Assembly: GCA_047947115.1 (NCBI GenBank)
Contig: CP170459.1
Coordinates: 3,264,001-3,328,000, forward strand
Direction of reading: 5' to 3'
DNA: 64,000 nucleotides
Source of the DNA: Verrucomicrobiota bacterium
Lineage (GTDB): Bacteria; Verrucomicrobiota; Verrucomicrobiia; Limisphaerales; AAA164-E04
The translations under genes were made by a program, and so were the position numbers. Positions within the stretch are counted from its first letter, which is position 1. Each line of letters opens with the position of its first letter. The notes beneath the pieces were generated by a model. It searched no databases, was not told where the DNA came from, and saw only the letters and a program-made list of their open reading frames with translations. Positions 50,090 to 58,625 of the stretch are shown here, piece after piece.

Positions 50090-51511
50090 TCAGGGTTGTG
50101 AATAGTTTGCAATGTCGGGAATGCTCTTGATGCCGAAGGGTGCTTGGTTGATGGTTCGGGTGGAAATGAGACCGTCTTCAATGCGCAGTGTCGGCCATCC
50201 CTGGGGGGCGGGGTGATAGACATCGCCATGATGTCGCAGCATTTGTTCCCGGACATTTTCGGGGTGGCTTGAGAGTCCGGCGCAGTAGTGGTGTCCGTTG
50301 CGTTCCACTGATTCGATGCCAAGTGCGGCGGTAACGCATAGGTCCTGCATCACGGCCACAGGGCCTTGATTGCATAAATCTTCTCCACTCATGATGCAGG
50401 GTGCGGTGGGATTGGAACGAGATAGACTGTGGAACAAGGCCCGATTGGCGATGCTTTTGATGACTCCTTTGCAGTTTTTGTGACTTGTTCCAGCGTATCC
50501 CATCCGGATGGCATCTGCTGCACTGGTCAAGGTGCCATCGCTTTCGTCGATGATGATCCGAGGTTTATCGTTCCAGGCATGAAGTTCGCTCGACACTGTC
50601 TGGTCGAGCGCCACATCCCGCTTGATTGGTTGTTCCGTAAACAGGAGGTGTTTCATGAACGATTGCAACTCCTTGGTGGTTATTAAACGGTTCCAAAAGT
50701 CTCTGAATTGTTCGATGGATTCAAACTGTTCGTTGCCATCCAGTGTGAAAGCAAATCTGTTCGCCGTGGTCTGTGAGACGATTTGGGAGATGTCCAGAAG
50801 GCGTTGACGGTCGGTGGCGAAATCGCCGCAGATTTTGATTTTAAGATGCCTGATACCATAAACATTCATGCAAGCATCGAGCGATTGGGGAAGCCCGTCC
50901 TGTAATCGATCGTTCGGATCAATGTCGGATTCTGTGAGAGGATCTGACAGACCGACAGTGTGTCTGGAGATGATGCTTTTTAACGGGGCCTTTGGCAGCG
51001 CGGTTATCAAGGACGAATCATTCAGTCCGGGATGAATCGCATCCAGGTGCAGTCCCAAGGCGTTTGCTTTCAGTGCGTGGAAAAAGGTCATTTGGGAGTG
51101 GCGGCAAAAGCCATCGATCAAGGCGCGTTCGACGAGTGATGATCCAAAATGAGTGAGCAGGGGAGGGTGGGACTGGCTGTGTCCCCATGCATCTTGTTCA
51201 TTGTAGATTTGCTGCCAGCATTCGAAAACGGTCTTTCCTTTGATTCCGCAGCTGATGTTGCAGGCATGTTCGATGATGTCCCTTAGTTCCCTCAATTCTG
51301 CATCCGGCGTCTGGTCCGGATTTTTCTTGAACCATTTGGGGGGGAGTAAATCCGAGGATATTCCCATTGCTTGTTGTCCGTTGATTTCACAATCCAAGGT
51401 GACGAAGACCAAAGGGAAGGCGGTCATCGTGGCGATGCCATATTTGAAGGGCATGCGCGTCTTCAGGTCGACAGATGAGATCCGGGCTGAATGGAGCTTT
51501 ATATTTTGCAT
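50090..51511 (-). CDS. Enolase-superfamily (mandelate racemase-like) hypothetical protein
   Basis: TRMPFKYG, KIK, TLDGNEQ, EQP, IIDESD, SHKNCKG, SGEDL. Confidence 0.75.
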   Translation of the reverse strand: MQNIKLHSARISSVDLKTRMPFKYGIATMTAFPLVFVTLDCEINGQQAMGISSDLLPPKWFKKNPDQTPDAELRELRDIIEHACNISCGIKGKTVFECWQQIYNEQDAWGHSQSHPPLLTHFGSSLVERALIDGFCRHSQMTFFHALKANALGLHLDAIHPGLNDSSLITALPKAPLKSIISRHTVGLSDPLTESDIDPNDRLQDGLPQSLDACMNVYGIRHLKIKICGDFATDRQRLLDISQIVSQTTANRFAFTLDGNEQFESIEQFRDFWNRLITTKELQSFMKHLLFTEQPIKRDVALDQTVSSELHAWNDKPRIIIDESDGTLTSAADAIRMGYAGTSHKNCKGVIKSIANRALFHSLSRSNPTAPCIMSGEDLCNQGPVAVMQDLCVTAALGIESVERNGHHYCAGLSSHPENVREQMLRHHGDVYHPAPQGWPTLRIEDGLISTRTINQAPFGIKSIPDIANYSQP

Positions 51512-51668
51512 TTGGAATAAGGATATGAAGGTCGATTGATTTGCTCGCAAGGTTCGGCGGGCTATCCTGAGAGAAAAACGCTGCGAAAGCCACATCAATC
51601 AGGAGAGTTTTCTTGGTTTATTTACTTGATCGCTGGCATGAATTTCTTAACCATGCTTCGCATCGCGA

Positions 51669-52727
51669 ATGTCTACGGAAAAACCCACATCGGATTCTAT
51701 TGTGCCCGTTCCTGAGGAGTTGAAGTCTCAGGAACTGGATTCGCATGTCCTGGATGATGATGAAACCGGCACGGAGGCCTTTCGTGATGATACTGAGGAA
51801 TGCTATTCGGATGAAGATGAGATTGATCCGTTGGATGATTTCGAAGAAGCCTCTGTTCCTCGGGATGATTCAGCTGCCGAAAGCAGTGTTCCCACGCGTG
51901 AACGCTATGACGGGGATACGGCTTTCAAACTGTACCTGCGTGAAATCGGGCAGGTTGCCTTGTTGAAACCGGAAGAGGAGATCGAGTTGGCCGTCCGGAT
52001 CCAGCAGGGTGATGATGAGGCGCGTGACCAGATGATCAAAGCCAATCTTCGACTGGTGGTTAAAATTGCGCATGATTACGAAGGTCTGGGATTGCCCTTG
52101 CTTGACCTGATCAATGAGGGAAACATCGGCTTGATGAAGGCGGTGGAGCGTTTTGATCCTACGAAAGGAAGCAAGTTGTCCACCTACAGTGCATGGTGGA
52201 TCAAGCAATCGATCAAGCGTTCCCTGGCCAATCAGGCCAAGACCATCCGTTTGCCGGTGCATTTGGTGGACAAGATTTCCAAATTGAAACGCACGGCACT
52301 CAAGCTTCAGGAAGCCATGGGGCGTGAGCCCACTGATGAGGAGTTGGCAGAAGAACTTGAGATGGCCCCGGCCAAAGTCGCCCGATTGCGGCGTGCGGCT
52401 ATTCGGCCTGCTTCTCTGGACTCTCCCATTGGTGAAGATCACAGCACCTTTGCTGAAATCGTCAGTGATGAGAAGGCTGAAAATCCTTACAAACAGCTGG
52501 AGGATAAAACGGTCAATGACATGTTGTTTGATCTGATCAAATCATTGCCCCACCGTGAGGCCACTATTCTCGAATATCGATTTGGTCTGGATGGGGGACC
52601 GGAAAGGACACTGGAAGAAGTCGGCGAACATTTCGGTGTCACACGTGAACGTGTCCGGCAGATTCAAAATCTTGCACTCTCCAAACTGCGCAAGATGATC
52701 GAAAAGCTGGAATCAGTGAAGAAATAG
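51669..52727 (+). CDS. RNA polymerase sigma-70 factor, RpoD/SigA family
   Basis: LYLREIG, ANLRLVV.IA, DLINEGNIGLMKAVERFD, STYSAWWIKQ, TIRLPVH, TLEEVG..FGVTRERVRQI. Confidence 0.95.
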   Translation: MSTEKPTSDSIVPVPEELKSQELDSHVLDDDETGTEAFRDDTEECYSDEDEIDPLDDFEEASVPRDDSAAESSVPTRERYDGDTAFKLYLREIGQVALLKPEEEIELAVRIQQGDDEARDQMIKANLRLVVKIAHDYEGLGLPLLDLINEGNIGLMKAVERFDPTKGSKLSTYSAWWIKQSIKRSLANQAKTIRLPVHLVDKISKLKRTALKLQEAMGREPTDEELAEELEMAPAKVARLRRAAIRPASLDSPIGEDHSTFAEIVSDEKAENPYKQLEDKTVNDMLFDLIKSLPHREATILEYRFGLDGGPERTLEEVGEHFGVTRERVRQIQNLALSKLRKMIEKLESVKK

Positions 52728-52741
52728 GGCGTTTTGCTTTT

Positions 52742-53272
52742 ATGGTGACCTCTACGGAAACATTGGCGGCGGCGGTCCGCAATATTCCTGACTTTCCAAA
52801 GCCCGGGATTCAGTTCAAGGACATCACCCCCATTCTGGCAAATCCAAAGCTTTTTGAGGCTGCCATCCATCATTTGACCGCACCTTATCAACCGGGAGAT
52901 GTGGACGTGATCGTGGGAGTGGACGCGCGCGGATTCATCTTTGCCGCGGCAGCAGCGCTTCATTTGAAAGCCGGGTTTGTTCCCGTTCGTAAGAAGGGAA
53001 AGCTTCCCTTTGACACACATGAGGAAAGCTATGACCTGGAGTATGGATCCAACACAGTGGCGATCCACACCGATGCCATTCACAAAGGCAGCAGGACATT
53101 GTTGATTGATGATTTGCTTGCAACCGGAGGGACGGCAGTAGCCGCGTTGAATTTGTTGAACAAGCTGGAAGCAAACATCCTTGAAGCTGCCTTTTTGATC
53201 GAGTTGGAATTTTTGAATGGTCGTTCGCTGCTGGGAAACGTCCCTGTTCGCTCCATCATTTCCTATTCCTAA
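52742..53272 (+). CDS. apt: Adenine phosphoribosyltransferase
   Basis: IPDFPKPGIQFKDI, ARGF, RKKGKLP, YDLEYG, IDDLLATGGT. Confidence 0.97.
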   Translation: MVTSTETLAAAVRNIPDFPKPGIQFKDITPILANPKLFEAAIHHLTAPYQPGDVDVIVGVDARGFIFAAAAALHLKAGFVPVRKKGKLPFDTHEESYDLEYGSNTVAIHTDAIHKGSRTLLIDDLLATGGTAVAALNLLNKLEANILEAAFLIELEFLNGRSLLGNVPVRSIISYS

Positions 53273-53290
53273 TGTCTCGCCAACCATCCC

Positions 53291-54187
53291 GTGAAGGCTC
53301 TTCATTTTTCGGTTCATGATTATGACCTGAGGAAAACCTTGGAATCGGGCCAGACCTTTCATTGGGATCAGGTGTCTGCAAATAGTTGGGAGGGAATGAT
53401 AGCAGGACGTTGGGTTCGGTTATCGCAATTTCGACCTGATCGGATCACAGCACAAGGAGTTCATGGCATCGGTGAGGTAAAAGAAGAAATCGTTCAGTTT
53501 CTGCAATTGGATGTCGATATTCGTTCCGTTATCAAAGGTTTTCCTGATGATCCACTGATGAGAGCCGCCGTTCAGGCTCGTACTGGACTGAGATTGCTTC
53601 GGCAGGACCCTTGGGTTTGCCTTGCCTCTTTTCTATTGTCTTCCAATAAACGCATTCCCCAGATCATGGAAATTGTCCGACATTTATCGAAGCGGTTGGG
53701 GGCGCTTGTCGAGCATCCCGAATCCGGCTTGACTCTTCATGCGTTTCCAGGTCCCGAATCCATTGCTGCTAGTAGTGAAACATTGCTGAGAGAATGCAAG
53801 GCGGGCTACAGAGCCAAGTATTTATATCAGAGCGCTTCATTGATTGCTTCGGGGGCTTTTTGTTTGGATGCGGTTCATGATCTTGAGCTGGACGAAGCCC
53901 GGGCCAAACTGACGGAACTGCCCGGTGTGGGCAACAAAATCGCAGACTGCGTGTTGTTATTTGCCTATGGATTTTCAAGAGCATTTCCGGTAGATGTATG
54001 GGTGTATAGAGTTTTGAGTGACTATTATCTCAAAGGTAGGAAAACCTCGCCCCGGGCTCTTGGAATGTGGGTTCAAGACTATTTCGGGGAGCAGGCCGGA
54101 TTTGCGCAGCAGTACTTGTTTGATTATATCCGGCACCTGAAGCCCGTTGAGTGGAACGAATGGGTCACCTTGGGGCGGCCAGGGTGA
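53291..54187 (+). CDS. 8-oxoguanine DNA glycosylase (OGG1/AlkA HhH-GPD family)
   Basis: TLESGQTF.W, GLRLLRQDPW, GYRAKY, LPGVGNKIADC, FPVDVW, GFAQQYLF. Confidence 0.92.
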   Translation: MKALHFSVHDYDLRKTLESGQTFHWDQVSANSWEGMIAGRWVRLSQFRPDRITAQGVHGIGEVKEEIVQFLQLDVDIRSVIKGFPDDPLMRAAVQARTGLRLLRQDPWVCLASFLLSSNKRIPQIMEIVRHLSKRLGALVEHPESGLTLHAFPGPESIAASSETLLRECKAGYRAKYLYQSASLIASGAFCLDAVHDLELDEARAKLTELPGVGNKIADCVLLFAYGFSRAFPVDVWVYRVLSDYYLKGRKTSPRALGMWVQDYFGEQAGFAQQYLFDYIRHLKPVEWNEWVTLGRPG

Positions 54188-54214
54188 TTTCATTGGAACA
54201 AATCGTATATTTGT

Positions 54215-54556
54215 ATGGATCGAAGCATGCTTGTTTATAGCGGGCCGGGAGGGGGCACTGTTGGGGTGGTGATGCATGGGCCGCCCTGCAAGCCATCATT
54301 CGAACGCGCATTGCACGTGGCTCAAACAGCTTTGGAAGTCTCGTGCGAAGTTTATGTGTATTTGTTGGACGATGCAGTTGATGGGGTCATGCAGCCTTCG
54401 CTTCTCGCTTTGATTGCGAAAGGTGCAAAAGTTTCCGCTTGTGGTTATGCAATGGAAAAACGGGGCTTGGATTGCCCGGAAGACGTTTGTCCTGCGGGTT
54501 TGACGACTTTATCGGATATCCTTTTTTATTCGAACTGTGTTTCGGTTTACAACTAA
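54215..54556 (+). CDS. DsrE/TusD-like sulfur relay protein
   Basis: VYVYLLDDAV, ACGYA..KRG, AGL..L.D. Confidence 0.75.
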   Translation: MDRSMLVYSGPGGGTVGVVMHGPPCKPSFERALHVAQTALEVSCEVYVYLLDDAVDGVMQPSLLALIAKGAKVSACGYAMEKRGLDCPEDVCPAGLTTLSDILFYSNCVSVYN

Positions 54557-54577
54557 ACAATTCAACGGAACCGTGTC

Positions 54578-54946
54578 ATGCTTACAAAAGGAGTGATGGA
54601 CCAGGAAAAGACCAAATCGCTACTTCTGAAAATCTGCGGGAACCCGGCGACGGATCCAGGGGCCCGTGAAGGACTGAGATGTGCTCGGGGTTTTGCCGTT
54701 GACGGACGTTGGGAGGTTGCGGTCCAGTTGTGCGGGGAAGGGGCTAATTGCCTCCATGGGTGCACGGGGTTCGATCCTGAGGCTGATGTGGCTGCTTCTC
54801 TGGAGGAATTGGCTGCAAAGGCGCAAATAATCGTGGCTCTGGAAGATTCAAATCCCGGGAATTCTTTTCCTGAGTGGATACTGATAGTATCTTCCGATGA
54901 AATGGTGGAACGTGGTTTGTCTGCCGAGGTGGTGCTCGTTTTCTGA
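54578..54946 (+). CDS. DsrF/TusC-like protein
   Basis: AREGLR.A.G, follows the DsrE-like gene, ends VLVF. Confidence 0.55.
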   Translation: MLTKGVMDQEKTKSLLLKICGNPATDPGAREGLRCARGFAVDGRWEVAVQLCGEGANCLHGCTGFDPEADVAASLEELAAKAQIIVALEDSNPGNSFPEWILIVSSDEMVERGLSAEVVLVF

Positions 54947-54983
54947 CCCATTATATGGACAAGGCGTTGTGCCCTACGCAGGA

Positions 54984-55691
54984 TTACCTTTGGTTGAGCA
55001 TTTCCTCCAGAGTTCCCTTGCTTCCGATCATCATGATTTTACCGTCTTTCACGGTAAGGTTGCGCAAATTACCAAATTGCTTTTTCACCTGTCCTGCAAA
55101 ACGGGCATCCTTCAGCAGGTCCACATTCTTCAATCGATTCAAGTATTCGTCCGGAATTTTCTTGTCACCGGCCATATCCAGCGACATCAAGTAGATGGCC
55201 AGTTCATTCCTGACCAATCTCAACTCCACAACGGCACTTGCATTGAAATACCGGTTCTGAATCATACCAACGTTCGGTATGTTGGGGAAAACCTCTTTTA
55301 CCATGCTGGCAGGAATACTGATGTCGGTTCTCACGGTGGTGTCCTCAATCTGAACATGCACTTTGTCTTTCAAGGCTGAAAAATCCGGGTCGGTTCGAAT
55401 CAAATGATTGAGCTGATCCGCATCGAGTTCCATGGGGTCGGTGGGGAGCTCCAAACTTTTCTGGACTTTGAAATTGGACCACTTTTCCTTCAGTGTTACT
55501 TCCTCCTCCGTGGATAACAAAGTTTCATTGAAAACGATGGGTTTTGAATCAGTGAAATCGTCCAGATAGGAATTGATCAGGAAGTATCCGCCGACAAGTG
55601 CGACCACCACAACCAGGACAAGTGCTGCAACTGCTCCGAGGCAACCCGTGAAGAAGCAACCGAATTTTGACTGTGATTTTTTTTCGCTCAT
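54984..55691 (-). CDS. Hypothetical membrane-anchored protein
   Basis: MSEKKSQSKFGCFFTGCLG plus TM helix. Confidence 0.75.
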   Translation of the reverse strand: MSEKKSQSKFGCFFTGCLGAVAALVLVVVVALVGGYFLINSYLDDFTDSKPIVFNETLLSTEEEVTLKEKWSNFKVQKSLELPTDPMELDADQLNHLIRTDPDFSALKDKVHVQIEDTTVRTDISIPASMVKEVFPNIPNVGMIQNRYFNASAVVELRLVRNELAIYLMSLDMAGDKKIPDEYLNRLKNVDLLKDARFAGQVKKQFGNLRNLTVKDGKIMMIGSKGTLEEMLNQR

Positions 55692-55811
55692 GGTTCTCCC
55701 GGTGGTTTGTTGTGGAATAGATGCAAATATGCGTATGTTTCCTCCTAATGGCAATGCTGTTTTATAATTATTATTTTAAAATAATTGATATCAGTGACTC
55801 CCGTTCACTTG

Positions 55812-57542
55812 TCATGGAGCGGTCTTTATCCAGTCCAACACACTGCTGACCGCCTCTTCCGCCTTCACTTTGAACATCTCGCCTTTTCTAGGTTTGATTT
55901 CAACTTCTCCTTCAGCCAGGGAGCGGTCTCCTATACCGATGCGGATAGGGAATCCTATCAGCTCTGAATCCTTGAATTTGACACCCGGTCGTTCATCTCG
56001 GTCGTCCAGAATCACGTCCACTCCCGCTTCCGTCAGTTGCTGGTAAATGGACTCTGCCGTTTTCATGACGGGACTGTCCGGTTTGTTGCCCAGTGGCGTG
56101 ATGCATACCACGTAAGGGGCGACTGATACAGGCCAGGCGATGCCTTGTTCGTCGTGACATTGTTCAATCACGGCCTGGAGAGTGCGTGTCACACCGATTC
56201 CGTAACATCCCATCACGCAAGGATTTGATTTGCCGGATTCGTCCAGGAACATGGCGTTCATGGCTTCACTGTATTTGGTGCCCAGCTTGAAAACATGTCC
56301 CACTTCGATGGCCGTCTGGATTTTTAAAGGTTTGCCGGTCACCGGGCAGGGTTCGCCTTCCTGGACGGTGCGGAGGTCGACAAAGGATTTGACGTTGATA
56401 TCACGTTCCACGCAAACATTCCGCAAGTGAAACCCATTTTCGTTGGCACCTGTGGTCAAATCATAACCGCCTTCCAAAAATGAATCTGCATATACGGGGA
56501 TATCTTTGACTCCGACAGCTCCCAAGCTTCCTGGGTGCGCACCAAGCACGCGGTGGATTTCCTCCGCTTCGGCGGGCCGCAATTGCATTGTTCCCAGGAA
56601 GCCCGCCATCTTGGATTCATTCAACTGGTCACTACCGAGAAGCAGCAGGATGACCGGTTTTTCATTGATCATGTACACCAGGGTTTTGATCTGGCGATGG
56701 GCGGGGACATTGTATGGATCCTTGGTCAATGCTTCGATGGTTTTGACCCCGGGGGTTTCGAATTTCTCGGGAGCTGGCAACTGACTCAGGTCCGGATTGG
56801 GCATCTCCGCGAGTGGGCTTTTCAACGCACTCGTGGCCTTTTCGACGTTGGCCGCGTATTCGCCCGTCTCCACGTAAACAACATCATTTTCTCCCACTTC
56901 AGCCGGAACCATGAATTCGTGCGAGTATTTTCCGCCGATAACACCTGTATCCGCCTCAACCGGAAGCGCTTTGAGGCCGCAGCGTTCAAAAATGCGCACA
57001 TATGCGTCAAACATCCCCTGGTAGCTTGCCTGGGATGACTCGTCGGATACGTCGAAACTGTAGGCATCTTTCATGATGAATTCGCGAGCCCGCATGAGTC
57101 CGAATCTGGGGCGAATCTCATCTCTGAATTTGGTTTGGATCTGGTAAAAATTCTTGGGTAATTGACGGTAGGAACTCACCTCAGACGCCGCCAGGGTGGT
57201 GACGACTTCTTCGTGGGTGGGGCCCAACACCCATTCACGATTGGCTCGATCCTTGGCCTTGAACAAAACGTCGCTGGCCGTTTCATATCGACCGCTCTCC
57301 TTCCATATTTCCGGTGGTTGGAGGGCTGGCATGAGGATTTCCAACGCGCCGGCCCGATCCATTTCTTCGCGAATGATGCGGGAAATTTTTTGCAGGGACC
57401 GTAATCCCATCGGCAGGAAGGAGTAAAGGCCGCCCGCCAGTTTTCGGATGAGTCCAGCCCTGAGCAACAGTTTGTGAGAAGCGATTTCAGCTTCGGCTGG
57501 AGTTTCTTTGAGTGTGGGTACAAACGCTTGAGACCAACGCAT
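55812..57542 (-). CDS. proS: Proline--tRNA ligase (bacterial type with editing domain)
   Basis: SHKLLLRAG.I, LGPTHEE, KFRDEIRPRFGLMRAREF.MKD.YSF, IEVGH.FKLG, MGCYGIG. Confidence 0.98.
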   Translation of the reverse strand: MRWSQAFVPTLKETPAEAEIASHKLLLRAGLIRKLAGGLYSFLPMGLRSLQKISRIIREEMDRAGALEILMPALQPPEIWKESGRYETASDVLFKAKDRANREWVLGPTHEEVVTTLAASEVSSYRQLPKNFYQIQTKFRDEIRPRFGLMRAREFIMKDAYSFDVSDESSQASYQGMFDAYVRIFERCGLKALPVEADTGVIGGKYSHEFMVPAEVGENDVVYVETGEYAANVEKATSALKSPLAEMPNPDLSQLPAPEKFETPGVKTIEALTKDPYNVPAHRQIKTLVYMINEKPVILLLLGSDQLNESKMAGFLGTMQLRPAEAEEIHRVLGAHPGSLGAVGVKDIPVYADSFLEGGYDLTTGANENGFHLRNVCVERDINVKSFVDLRTVQEGEPCPVTGKPLKIQTAIEVGHVFKLGTKYSEAMNAMFLDESGKSNPCVMGCYGIGVTRTLQAVIEQCHDEQGIAWPVSVAPYVVCITPLGNKPDSPVMKTAESIYQQLTEAGVDVILDDRDERPGVKFKDSELIGFPIRIGIGDRSLAEGEVEIKPRKGEMFKVKAEEAVSSVLDWIKTAP

Positions 57543-57581
57543 AAGTGTGTCGTTTAAAAAAATGATGGGCAGGTTCAGCCC

Positions 57582-58337
57582 TTATTTGACGGTGTTGACC
57601 AAGGGGGCCATGCCTTGAATCCGCACTTCCAGTTTGTCGCCCGATTCGATAGGGCCTACGCCACTGGGGGTGCCGGTCAGGATGACGTCTCCTGGCAGAA
57701 GAGTGATGTTGGTAGAGATGAAGCTCACCAGCTCGAAACAATTGAAGATCAATTGCCCGGTCAGTGAATTTTGCCTCAATTGGCCGTTTTGAAACAATTG
57801 AATGGTGAGCTTGTGTGGGTCGATTTTGGTTTCTACATAGGGCCCGAGTGGGGTGAAGGTGTCAAATGATTTGGCGCGAGCCCATTGGCTTTCGGAATTC
57901 TGGATGGTGCGATCACTGATATCCTGCGCCGATGTGTAGCCAAATATGTAACGCGCAGCGGCGTTGGGAGTCACATTACGTACTCGGCGACCAATAACGA
58001 CAGCCAACTCCGCCTCGTAATCCACCCGATGATCCTGAAAGGGAATTTCTATTTTACCGCCATCCGGAATGAGGGACGTCGGGGCTTTTAACCAGAATAA
58101 CGGGGTCTTGGGCAATGGTTTGCCTGATTCCCTGGCATGATCTGCGTAGTTTAATCCAACCGCAATCACCTTGGAAGGGGCCACCGGGGTTAGCGTTTTG
58201 ATGCCCTTTGGGTTGGTGGCACGTTTTTGGAATGAAGGAGAGCCGAAGACATCGCCCTTCAGCTTGTAAAGTTCGCCATCAACTACTTTTGCATAGAAAA
58301 TGTCGTCACCCTTCTGGAATCTTCCGATTGCTGCCAT
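57582..58337 (-). CDS. Fumarylacetoacetate hydrolase family protein
   Basis: KVIAVGLNYADH, DYEAELAVVIG, AKSFDTF.PLGP, L.PGDVILTGTP.GVG. Confidence 0.95.
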   Translation of the reverse strand: MAAIGRFQKGDDIFYAKVVDGELYKLKGDVFGSPSFQKRATNPKGIKTLTPVAPSKVIAVGLNYADHARESGKPLPKTPLFWLKAPTSLIPDGGKIEIPFQDHRVDYEAELAVVIGRRVRNVTPNAAARYIFGYTSAQDISDRTIQNSESQWARAKSFDTFTPLGPYVETKIDPHKLTIQLFQNGQLRQNSLTGQLIFNCFELVSFISTNITLLPGDVILTGTPSGVGPIESGDKLEVRIQGMAPLVNTVK

Positions 58338-58625
58338 AAAGCCTGAAGACGTGATCCTAAATGGAATCCCGATCAGACCGCAAGACGAAAGTCTAAATCC
58401 ATCAACAGATCAATGAGTTTTGACGTCAACCCGCATCCTTTTTTGGAAAAATAAACTCATTTTGAAAAATTTTTTACATTCATGTGTCCCCTGGAAACGT
58501 CCATCCTCGCAATGAAGGTCAAAGTCTGAAACGGATTGGATCGTCTGAAACAAATCAAAGAGTTGATTTTGATCGCCAAAGACAGACATTGAGTGAGACA
58601 TTAACCATCAAGTAAAGCGAACATC

